In this document: one piece after another, positions 37,773 to 46,218 of the stretch | Layout of the letters: the number at the start of each line of letters is the position of its first letter | Numbering within the stretch: the first letter of the stretch is position 1 | NCBI GenBank assembly: GCA_013216135.1 | Contig: JABSOS010000011.1 | Span: forward strand, 30,168 to 94,167 | From: Candidatus Caenarcanales bacterium | Lineage (GTDB): Bacteria > Cyanobacteriota > Vampirovibrionia > LMEP-6097 | Length of the DNA stretch: 64,000 bases | Direction of reading: 5' to 3' | Notes under the pieces: generated by a model | Database searches by the model: none | Told to the model about the DNA's origin: nothing | What the model saw: only the letters and a program-made list of their open reading frames with translations | Position numbers and translations under genes: made by a program

Positions 37773-38474
37773 ATGGCTAAAAATGTTTTAATTACAGGCG
37801 GCTCTCGAGGTATTGGGAAGGCAATTGCAGAAAGGCTTAATGCTGAAGCTGATTTCTTGAAAATTTATGCTCCTAGCTCAAAAGAGCTAGATCAATCATT
37901 TGAAGCATCGATTGAAAGTTTTAAAGAAAAAGCTGAATTAAATAATGACCCACTATATGGATTGATTGTGAATGCAGGGATTCATCATTCTGAACATTTT
38001 GAAGATTATAGTGTTAAAAACTGGAATCGAGTCATCGACGTTAATTTAAATGGTGCTTTTTATATAATTAAACATTTTATAGAGAATTTAAAGCTTCACG
38101 GGGAGCGTAATCAAGGAGATTACCCTAGAATCATTTTAAGTTCATCTGTTAGTGCATACACTGGAGAGCAATATGCTCCTGCCTATGCAGCTAGTAAAGC
38201 TGGATTGATAGCACTTGCTAAAAGCTTAGCTTTAGAATTCGCTAAGTACAAAATAACGGTTAATTGTGTCTGCCCAGGCTGGGTGAAAACTTATATGGCT
38301 TTGAAGCAGATGGGCAATGACAGTGAAGCTGTGAAAAATAATCTGGGAGCAACTTTGCAGGATAGATGGATTGAAGCAGAAGAGCTTGCTGAGACTTATT
38401 TGTATTTGCTTTCAGGTGGTGCAAAAGCTATTACTGGGCAACAGATTAATGTTACTGCAGGGTTAGATCTCTAG
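37773..38474 (+). CDS. Short-chain dehydrogenase/reductase (FabG-like)
   Basis: TGGSRGIG, VNAG, YAASK, CPGWVKT. Confidence 0.9.
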   Translation: MAKNVLITGGSRGIGKAIAERLNAEADFLKIYAPSSKELDQSFEASIESFKEKAELNNDPLYGLIVNAGIHHSEHFEDYSVKNWNRVIDVNLNGAFYIIKHFIENLKLHGERNQGDYPRIILSSSVSAYTGEQYAPAYAASKAGLIALAKSLALEFAKYKITVNCVCPGWVKTYMALKQMGNDSEAVKNNLGATLQDRWIEAEELAETYLYLLSGGAKAITGQQINVTAGLDL

Positions 38475-38482
38475 ACCTGCTT

Positions 38483-39298
38483 TTAAACTGAAATAGGTCT
38501 AAGGCTTTTAATAAAATCTCTAAACTCATTTAAGTTCTCACTGCTATCTGCCTCTAGGACCCTAATTGCTTTAGTTCCGATTATTGCCATGTCTACATCT
38601 AATTCAAAAGTAGCTTTTACTTTTTCTGGGCTATCTATCCCGAAGCCTAAACCTATAGCTTTATCTGGTGCATAGTTTTTTAATTTAGCTATTTTTTCTT
38701 TTAATAACGCTAGTTGCTTAGCTTCATCATTATTCTCTTGTAAATTATTTATATCTTTATTTGAACCAGTAATTCCTATCCTACTTACCAGGTAAATAAA
38801 AGGTTCTGAGAGTTCAGCGATTTTTTGTAGCCTTTCATCAGTGCTCGTGATTGCAGCTAGTAAAGTTAGTGTTAAACCGTGTTCATTTAGTTTAGCTCTT
38901 AGTTCTTCTGCCTCATCAACAGGTAAGTCTGGAATTAGTAAACCTTTAACACCAGTGTTTAAGCACTTTTCTATGAGTTTATCTAAACCATAATTATAGA
39001 CAGGGTTATAGTAGGTGAAAAGAATAAGATTGTTTACTCCTTTTACTTCAGAACCTAAAGATCCATTCGTATTCAACTCTTCTTTCGTACGAGAAATAAT
39101 CTCAAAAATTTTATCTATATTGATGCCACTCTCTAAAGCTTTAAAACTTGAGTTTTGAATAACTGGGCCGTCTGCAAGTGGATCTGAAAAAGGTACTCCT
39201 AGCTCTACAAGATCTACATTTTCCTCATGAAGTATCTTTAAAGCTTTGATGGTTCTTTCAGTATTGGGGTAACCAGCTGTAAGGAAAATAGTGAGCAT
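38483..39298 (-). CDS. trpA: Tryptophan synthase alpha chain
   Basis: ELGVPFSDPLADGPVIQ, YYNP, PDLP, GFGI. Confidence 0.96.
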   Translation of the reverse strand: MLTIFLTAGYPNTERTIKALKILHEENVDLVELGVPFSDPLADGPVIQNSSFKALESGINIDKIFEIISRTKEELNTNGSLGSEVKGVNNLILFTYYNPVYNYGLDKLIEKCLNTGVKGLLIPDLPVDEAEELRAKLNEHGLTLTLLAAITSTDERLQKIAELSEPFIYLVSRIGITGSNKDINNLQENNDEAKQLALLKEKIAKLKNYAPDKAIGLGFGIDSPEKVKATFELDVDMAIIGTKAIRVLEADSSENLNEFRDFIKSLRPISV

Positions 39299-39393
39299 TA
39301 ATCTTCGTGCTCTTCAGGGCTATTTGCTTTTAATGCAAGATAAAGAACTGTACCAACTATAACTGTAAGTGTGCCTAAAATTGCTATTGCCAT
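39298..39393 (-). CDS. 31-aa single-pass membrane microprotein (not in ORF track)
   Basis: MAIAILGTLTVIVGTVLYLALKANSPEEHED. TATAAT lies 6 nt before the ATG, and the stop overlaps the trpA start (TAATG). Confidence 0.65.
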   Translation of the reverse strand: MAIAILGTLTVIVGTVLYLALKANSPEEHED

Positions 39394-39440
39394 ATCAGTA
39401 TTATATCTAAAATTTAGCAGCTGATTAATAAACTTTCACC

Positions 39441-40658
39441 TTACTTTCTAATTGATAAATTTATTTCTATAGAGTCTGGATCATTACTTGAATGAAAATT
39501 ATGAAATTTTCTAGTAGTTAATGAAGCAATATGATTGGGATCATCTGGTTTGAGTTTTTTCGATATTTGAAATTTATTATTTATGTGGTCAAAGATAATT
39601 GATTGATTATGTATTTCATGATTTGGTTGATAAATTTCATTTTGTATATCTTTTAAAATTAATTTCTTAATATGTTCTGGATTTGTTTTACATAAGTGAT
39701 GAAGTTGCTCTAGGTTTTTTTCCCTAAATTCCTCACTGCTATCTTTTAGGCTATGTTTTAAGATTTCTAGATTTTGAAAATATTTTTTTACGTAATTTGA
39801 GTCATGCGGTAATTTCATAAGACAGGAATTTCCCACTTTTTCAAAGTCTAATGTTGTAAATTTAAAAATACTTGAAGATACAATAATTTGAGGATCATAT
39901 TCTCCATAACCTTTACCTTTTTGTAAATTTAGGATGATATTTTTATCACCGATTATATCTATGAACTTACCAGAAAGTTTGCTTCTGAGTTCATCACAAA
40001 TGTTAATATATTCTTTTAGGGCATTTTGAATTTTTTTTAAGCTTTCATTATTTAAATAAATTTTTTTATCTATCGTTTTTAATATATCCGGAGAACCTGC
40101 TAAAGATAGATTAAAACTTGAATTGGAGTCAAAGATTTCAGGATGATATTTTTCTGAATAGACGATATCAAAACTTTTGCTATCTTCAGCAATATTTCCA
40201 AAGTCTCTCTCTAGCCATACATTAAATGGAAGTATATGTATATAAGGAGATTTCTCCATAGTTGTTTTTATATTTTTTACTTCCTTTCGGTAATTATAAA
40301 AAGCTTCCTTTAGTTTTTGAGTCTGATTATTTTTAATAGTGACATTCCAGGTATTTTTTTTAATTACTATTGGTTGTATATTTTCTGGGATTCTTTTTCG
40401 AACTTCTATTTTCTTATTTGAACTTTTTGATAGATCAAAATATTGTGGAGTGACAACAGCATATTTTCTAAACAAACCTGCATCCATAAAACCATTTTCA
40501 CTCAAAGTAAACTTTTGAGAAAGGTCTTTTGCAGGTTTATTGTTTTGTCTTGTAAAAGTATTTAAAGTTTTTTCGATAAAGGTTAGAGGAGGTTTACTAA
40601 ATTCTTTCCCCCTGTGTGAATCTATTAAATTTAATATGCTAGTAACACCATTTGACAT
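39441..40658 (-). CDS. Orphan hypothetical protein
   Basis: 405-aa ORF, very AT-rich, K/N/I-rich. Confidence 0.55.
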   Translation of the reverse strand: MSNGVTSILNLIDSHRGKEFSKPPLTFIEKTLNTFTRQNNKPAKDLSQKFTLSENGFMDAGLFRKYAVVTPQYFDLSKSSNKKIEVRKRIPENIQPIVIKKNTWNVTIKNNQTQKLKEAFYNYRKEVKNIKTTMEKSPYIHILPFNVWLERDFGNIAEDSKSFDIVYSEKYHPEIFDSNSSFNLSLAGSPDILKTIDKKIYLNNESLKKIQNALKEYINICDELRSKLSGKFIDIIGDKNIILNLQKGKGYGEYDPQIIVSSSIFKFTTLDFEKVGNSCLMKLPHDSNYVKKYFQNLEILKHSLKDSSEEFREKNLEQLHHLCKTNPEHIKKLILKDIQNEIYQPNHEIHNQSIIFDHINNKFQISKKLKPDDPNHIASLTTRKFHNFHSSNDPDSIEINLSIRK

Positions 40659-40691
40659 GACGGTGTATTATCTTAACACGAGTGTTGACTG

Positions 40692-41138
40692 TTAAATTAC
40701 TTTAAGAACTTCATCTTTCCAAGAAGCAACATGATCATCAAAGTCAGTATCAAGATCTTTTCGATCTAAAAATCTAGTAGCACCTAATCTTTCTAGGTGA
40801 CCATCAAGTCTTCTACCACAACCACAGTAGTCTACGTAACTCTTATCACCAAGAGCAAGAACGTGAAATCTCATTTTGTCGAGCTTTAGCTCATCAGCTT
40901 CTGAAGTAAAAAGATTATTACAAATCGTCTCAGCATCTCCAGGGGGATCTCCATCACCCCAAGTCGAAATTACGAAAACAGAAGTTTCCATAGACTTTAA
41001 ATCATCTAAACTTTTATCAGAAATGGAAGCTAATTCAACTTCAAAGCCTTTAGACTTTGCAGCTTTAGCAAATTCATCAGCTACTCCTTCTGAATTTCCA
41101 GTTTCTGTACCAAATAAAACAGCGACTTTTTTACTCAT
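40692..41138 (-). CDS. Flavodoxin (CysJ/MioC-like)
   Basis: FGTETGNSE, STWGDGDPP, ALGDKSY..YCG. Confidence 0.9.
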   Translation of the reverse strand: MSKKVAVLFGTETGNSEGVADEFAKAAKSKGFEVELASISDKSLDDLKSMETSVFVISTWGDGDPPGDAETICNNLFTSEADELKLDKMRFHVLALGDKSYVDYCGCGRRLDGHLERLGATRFLDRKDLDTDFDDHVASWKDEVLKVI

Positions 41139-41158
41139 TATTTAAAATTATACCACTG

Positions 41159-41959
41159 CTAAATCCCAGGATCAAAAGCAGCGACACCTTTAGAGGAATT
41201 TACCGACTCTGCTTCAGTTTTAGTGAAACTGAGAGCGTCTTTAATGATAGAACGTCTTTTTTTACATTCTTTGCCTGATAAATTTCGAGGGTAAGGAATA
41301 TCAAATTTTTCATCTAAAACTTTTTGACTGTTTGAATTTAGTACTACTATTCTATTTGCGAGCAGCAAAGCTTCATCAACACTATGGGTAATGAAAAGAA
41401 TTGTTTGTCTGAGTTCTTTCCAGATTCTAATTAATTCATCCTGAAGGTTTTTACGAGAAATCTCATCTAAGGCTCCTAAAGGCTCGTCTAGAAGAAGAAT
41501 TTCTGGTTGAACTGCAAGTGCTCTTGCTATAGCTACACGTTGTTGCATTCCCCCAGAAAGCTCACTAATTTTTGATTTTGCAAAATTTACTAAGTCTACA
41601 AGTTCAAGATACCTGACTGCATGCAGTAATCTATCACCTTTATATTTAATTTTATTCTTTAAACCAAAGCTAACATTTTCGATTACATTTAGCCATGGAA
41701 ATAATGCATAGTCTTGAAAAACGACAGCCCTTTTAATATCGGGTTTGGTGATTTGCTCATTGTTAAAGAGAGCTTCTCCTGTATAACCTGTCTCAAAGCC
41801 AGCAATAATATTTAATAAAGAGCTTTTACCACAGCCAGAAGGTCCGAGAATACAAACAAAATCACCCTTGTTAATTTCTAGTGATAAATCATTAAACAGA
41901 CTGTGGCTTTTACCTTTGCCTGTGAATTTCAGATTCAGATTTTTAAGTGAAATTGTCAT
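41159..41959 (-). CDS. ABC transporter ATP-binding protein (nitrate/sulfonate type)
   Basis: GPSGCGKS, VFQDYALFPW, LSGGMQQR, LLLDEP. Confidence 0.93.
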   Translation of the reverse strand: MTISLKNLNLKFTGKGKSHSLFNDLSLEINKGDFVCILGPSGCGKSSLLNIIAGFETGYTGEALFNNEQITKPDIKRAVVFQDYALFPWLNVIENVSFGLKNKIKYKGDRLLHAVRYLELVDLVNFAKSKISELSGGMQQRVAIARALAVQPEILLLDEPLGALDEISRKNLQDELIRIWKELRQTILFITHSVDEALLLANRIVVLNSNSQKVLDEKFDIPYPRNLSGKECKKRRSIIKDALSFTKTEAESVNSSKGVAAFDPGI

Positions 41960-42721
41960 TTATTTCTGATAATAATTTAACTGTTTTTCGAGCTTTTTAA
42001 ATATTACATTATCTGTAAGATAACCAACTACAGCAATTATAACTATCATGGCAAGAACTTGTGACATATCTGATAGGCTTCGACCTAATTCTAAAGTTTG
42101 ACCTAAGCCATAACCATTTACAAACAATTCACCAGCAATCAATGCACGCCAAGCAAAGGCCCAGCTTAATCTCATGCTACTTAAGAGTTGAGGAAGTATG
42201 GCAGGGATAATAACTCTTTTATAGATACTAGTACCACTGCAACCAAGTGAGAGACCAGCTTGGATTAATTTAGGTGGAATGTTATTGATACTAGTCTGTA
42301 CTCCTAAAGCTGCTGGAATAAAGGCTTCTAAAATGACGATGAATAGCACAGCTGCTTCTGATATCCCAAACCATAATAAAGCTAAAGGAACCCAAGCTAC
42401 GCTTGGGATTGATTGAAGAGCTGTTAAGCAAGCACCAATGCTATCACTTAAGTATTTAAAGCGAGATATTCCTAATCCTACGACTAAGCCTAAAATTACG
42501 GCTAGAAAGTAACCGATTAAAACTCTTCGAAAAGAATTACTTAAAGCGAGTAAATAATCACCATCACTAAAACCAAAACTAATAGTTTCTATTACCTTTA
42601 ATGGACTTGGTAGTAAGTAATCTGGGTAAATTTGGAGATAGCAAACTATAGCCCATATTAAAATGAGCGCGCTAAAAAATAGAATCCTAATGACAAGGCT
42701 TTGCCTTGTAAATTTAGGCAT
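41960..42721 (-). CDS. ABC transporter permease (nitrate/sulfonate type)
   Basis: LLPSP, QSIPSVAWVPL, AWRALIAGE. Confidence 0.92.
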   Translation of the reverse strand: MPKFTRQSLVIRILFFSALILIWAIVCYLQIYPDYLLPSPLKVIETISFGFSDGDYLLALSNSFRRVLIGYFLAVILGLVVGLGISRFKYLSDSIGACLTALQSIPSVAWVPLALLWFGISEAAVLFIVILEAFIPAALGVQTSINNIPPKLIQAGLSLGCSGTSIYKRVIIPAILPQLLSSMRLSWAFAWRALIAGELFVNGYGLGQTLELGRSLSDMSQVLAMIVIIAVVGYLTDNVIFKKLEKQLNYYQK

Positions 42722-42733
42722 GGTGCAATTTTA

Positions 42734-43024
42734 TCACTTCTGTTTGAAAGATTCTGGGTCTACCTTGTCGCTGATATTTACTATCGAAATTTTTCCGTGG
42801 TGAATGGTTGATTTAAGATCGTTATAGGTAGTGTGCTTATCTCTTGCGATGGACATATGTCCTTCAAGGTCTGAAGCGTTTTCTAAAATCTGATTAGGCA
42901 TAGTTTTGTAGTAGTTGATTTTTTCAGCCATTTTATCCTTAGTATTATCGCTAAGGGCTGGAAGATCACTTAATCTTCTTCTTTTTTTTGCTGGTTTATT
43001 TTCTGGTGGGTTATTATCAGCCAT
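42734..43024 (-). CDS. Small hypothetical protein
   Basis: 96 aa, SD AAGGTAAGGT, basic patch PAKKRRR. Confidence 0.55.
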   Translation of the reverse strand: MADNNPPENKPAKKRRRLSDLPALSDNTKDKMAEKINYYKTMPNQILENASDLEGHMSIARDKHTTYNDLKSTIHHGKISIVNISDKVDPESFKQK

Positions 43025-43170
43025 TTACCTTACCTTAACTATATAAAGTATTTTACTAGTATAAATATACCCTTAACTTCTGTTTGGTCTTATCTAAATG
43101 ATGGATTTTCAGATAAATATGGCATTTTAGGTGTGAAATTTTTTATAATAAGTATTTGGTATTTATCTCT

Positions 43171-43992
43171 ATGAATAAAATTCAAGAACTATCTGAAAGT
43201 CAAGTAAATGGATTTGTAAGTCTTTTAAAAGATTCCGACACTTCGGTTTTATCTTTAATGGCTCAGCAAGTTAGTTCTTTAAGTCCTGAGTCACTTAAAA
43301 TGATTAATGAAAGAGCTTCTGAGTCTAATGATGAAGCGCTTATGGATAATTGGTACCATGCATCTAGGCTGAGTTTGAAATATATGATTGAAGACTGGAA
43401 GAGGCTGCATCACCAAGATCTAGAAAAAGGTCTTTTCTTGGTTTCTAGAATCTATACTCCTTACTTAGACCAAGGAAAATATTCTGCTATTTTAGACTCT
43501 TACGCAAAGCGTGTTGCAGAGAGCCTAGATGCTAAAGCTACTACTGATGATACTGTTAAAGCTATTAATAGAGTGCTTTTTGAAGAAGAGAAATTCTCAG
43601 GTAATCAATCTAACTATTACGATATCCGTAATAACTTTTTGCACACTGTGTTAGAAACTAAGCTTGGAAACCCGATTATGCTTTCAGCAATTTATATTTT
43701 AGTTGCTAAGCGTTTAGATGTTGAAGTTTACGGTATCGGTGCTCCTGGTCATTTTATTATTAAGTTTGCAGATCAATACTTAGATCCATTTTTCTCAGGT
43801 AGGAAAATTACTAAAGAAGAGTGTGTGATTCGTGCTCAAGAGCTTAGTGTTTTTTGGAGAGATGAGTATTTAGAACCTATTGAAGATGCTTTTGTTGTCG
43901 CTAGATGTGTTCGTAATTTAGTTGCAATTTATAAGAGAAATAACGAGCTTGATAAAGCTGCAGATGTATCTGAGATTTTAAAGCTTATTTAA
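43171..43992 (+). CDS. SirB1/transglutaminase-like protein
   Basis: FSGNQSNYY..RNNFLHTVL...GNPI.LS.IY, GIGAPGHF, DPF, RNL. Confidence 0.85.
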   Translation: MNKIQELSESQVNGFVSLLKDSDTSVLSLMAQQVSSLSPESLKMINERASESNDEALMDNWYHASRLSLKYMIEDWKRLHHQDLEKGLFLVSRIYTPYLDQGKYSAILDSYAKRVAESLDAKATTDDTVKAINRVLFEEEKFSGNQSNYYDIRNNFLHTVLETKLGNPIMLSAIYILVAKRLDVEVYGIGAPGHFIIKFADQYLDPFFSGRKITKEECVIRAQELSVFWRDEYLEPIEDAFVVARCVRNLVAIYKRNNELDKAADVSEILKLI

Positions 43993-44009
43993 AGTTAAAC
44001 CTTCAAGGT

Positions 44010-45020
44010 TTAATATTTAATTCGTTTTAAGGTAATTATCCACTGAGGAAGAACATAACCAAATTCTGTTACTTTCTCGTATTGTTTCATTATTGGTTTA
44101 TAGTATTTAATATCTTCTTCAAGCCACAGTGAGCGCATTTTACTAAAATTAATTTGTGCCATGTTTAAGTAAATTCTGCTTTCTTGAAGTTTCTTTTGAG
44201 ATTCAGCTATAGCTGAACTATTAGTTTCCCCAAATTTATTTGTTTGCTGACTTTCAAATAAACTTAAAAGCGCTAAAACTCGGTAAGCTTCAGCGAGTTC
44301 ATAAAAATCCAAGGTTTTAGGGAATAAGATTTTTTGATTTTTAGCTATGATTTTTTTACTTTCATCTTTTATTTCTTCTTTAGCTAAGCGAATTATATTA
44401 TCGTAATCTCGTATTTTTTCTTCAATATCTTTAGGAAGCTTAGCTTTAAGATTAGTTTTAGTACTGTCTAGAATCTTAACCAGAAGAAAGAGGTATTCCA
44501 AGCGGCTTGGAAAGTATGGGCAGCGATTATCAATATTGAAAAGCTTTTTGAAGATTGGGTAACTAAGAATTAAATTTTTCTTATTTGATTCTTTGACATT
44601 TAATTTTAATAACTCTGTCTCAGTAATATTTTTATCGAAAAAAATTTGTTTTATTTCTAGTTGGGCTTGTTCTGTTTCGTTTAAACCTAATTCAGTAGCA
44701 GCTTTAAAGTCTTGTTCAAATATATAGATATTTTTTAAATCTTCTTTGAATTTTGTTTCTTTTGGAAAAGATTTAGTTAACTCACTTAGTAATACTTTTG
44801 CTTCAGGTATTTTACCTGAAGAAATTAAAGCAATACTAAAATACTTTGCGTTTTCTTCGTCGGTAATTTTCTTTTTACTATAAAAGTCACTAAGTACTGC
44901 ATCAACTTGGGCTGCTAGAAGTAACTCTTTATTTAATTTAGTGGAGTTTTCAGCATGAACTGTATTAAAACTAAAAGTGAAGGCAAATAATATTAAGATT
45001 TTAACAATTCTGAGTTTCAT
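44010..45020 (-). CDS. Exported helical (TPR-like) hypothetical protein
   Basis: Signal peptide ending ...NTVHA and TPR-like helices. Confidence 0.55.
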   Translation of the reverse strand: MKLRIVKILILFAFTFSFNTVHAENSTKLNKELLLAAQVDAVLSDFYSKKKITDEENAKYFSIALISSGKIPEAKVLLSELTKSFPKETKFKEDLKNIYIFEQDFKAATELGLNETEQAQLEIKQIFFDKNITETELLKLNVKESNKKNLILSYPIFKKLFNIDNRCPYFPSRLEYLFLLVKILDSTKTNLKAKLPKDIEEKIRDYDNIIRLAKEEIKDESKKIIAKNQKILFPKTLDFYELAEAYRVLALLSLFESQQTNKFGETNSSAIAESQKKLQESRIYLNMAQINFSKMRSLWLEEDIKYYKPIMKQYEKVTEFGYVLPQWIITLKRIKY

Positions 45021-45029
45021 GGATTAAAT

Positions 45030-45845
45030 TCACATATTAAATAAGTACTCGGCATTTTTTGTCGTAACTTGCATAATTTCTTCAAGATCTTTACCGTAAA
45101 CTTCACTCAAACATTCCGCTACATACTTTACATAGCTTGGTTCGTTTCTTTTTCCACGTTTTGCTTGAGGAGCTAAATAAGGGCAATCTGTTTCAACTAA
45201 GGTTTTTTCTAAAGGAAGTTTGCTTGCAACTTCTCTAAGATTCTCAGTTTTTTTAAAAGTTACAATTCCTGACCAAGAAATGTAAAAGCCTAGCCCGATG
45301 CAAGCTTCAGCAAACTCTAAGTCTCCTGTATAACAGTGAATAGTTCCATTTCTATCATTACTACTACTTTTGAAATTTTCAGTTAAGATTGCAAGAGTAT
45401 CTTCCCAAGCGTCTCTAGTATGGATAATTAGTGGAAGTTTATAAGTTTTAGCAAGATTAATTTGTTCTTGGAAAATTTCTCTTTGTTTTATTTGTTCTTC
45501 CTTTTCAGTACAGTGAAAGTAATCTAAACCAGTCTCGCCAATTGCTCTAACTTTATGTTCACTTTTATTTGTTTCTTCAGCTAAGATTTGATTTAACTCT
45601 TCTCCAGATCTCTCTTCCCATGAGGAAACCTCTATCGGATGAACTCCTAAAGCTATAAATAAATTCGCAAGAGAATTAGCACCATTAAATTCTTTACTAA
45701 GCTCTAGTAGCTCAGGGATTTCCTTTATACGACAGCAAGAATGAAGTATCTTTTTAACACCTTCATTATAGGCTCTAGCCATCATTTCTTCGCGATCTTC
45801 TTTGAAGTCAGGAAAGTTTATATGTGCATGAGTATCAACAAGCAT
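45030..45845 (-). CDS. tatD: TatD-family DNase
   Basis: DTHAH, GVHP, IGETGLDY, HTRDA, HCYTG, ETDCPYLAP. Confidence 0.95.
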   Translation of the reverse strand: MLVDTHAHINFPDFKEDREEMMARAYNEGVKKILHSCCRIKEIPELLELSKEFNGANSLANLFIALGVHPIEVSSWEERSGEELNQILAEETNKSEHKVRAIGETGLDYFHCTEKEEQIKQREIFQEQINLAKTYKLPLIIHTRDAWEDTLAILTENFKSSSNDRNGTIHCYTGDLEFAEACIGLGFYISWSGIVTFKKTENLREVASKLPLEKTLVETDCPYLAPQAKRGKRNEPSYVKYVAECLSEVYGKDLEEIMQVTTKNAEYLFNM

Positions 45846-45870
45846 GATTTAGATTATATAGTAAACATAC

Positions 45871-46194
45871 TTAAGGCTGTTCATATTTACACTTACCGAC
45901 TTTTCGAACAAATTTCTTTCTTTGATCAAGTCTACTTTTTATAGACTTTTGTTTTTTTGCGATTCCATCAACTATAAACTGATTAGCTTCCCAGCTTTTT
46001 TTAAGTTTGTCTTGAGCTTTTTTACTTAACTTATGGGTTCTGCGGAGTTGATTTATTTGGCTGATTACTAAAGATCTTAAAGAAGCTTTTTCTAAGCAAA
46101 GATTATAATCTCCTTCATCAAAAGCTAGGCTTAGTTCGTCATCAATGATTTTTAATTCTTGTGTACAATCTTCAAAATTATTGAATTTTTTCAT
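45871..46194 (-). CDS. Putative FliT-like flagellar chaperone
   Basis: 107-aa helical protein directly downstream of fliD, with SD AAGGAG. Call rests on position and size only. Confidence 0.45.
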   Translation of the reverse strand: MKKFNNFEDCTQELKIIDDELSLAFDEGDYNLCLEKASLRSLVISQINQLRRTHKLSKKAQDKLKKSWEANQFIVDGIAKKQKSIKSRLDQRKKFVRKVGKCKYEQP

Positions 46195-46218
46195 TCCCTA
46201 TTACTCCTTTTAAAATTT

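Noticed and set aside
41159-42721. ABC transporter without a substrate-binding gene as a novel system
   Set aside because: Operons are generally fragmented here (trpA, trpG, fusA, fliD), so the binding protein is probably encoded elsewhere.
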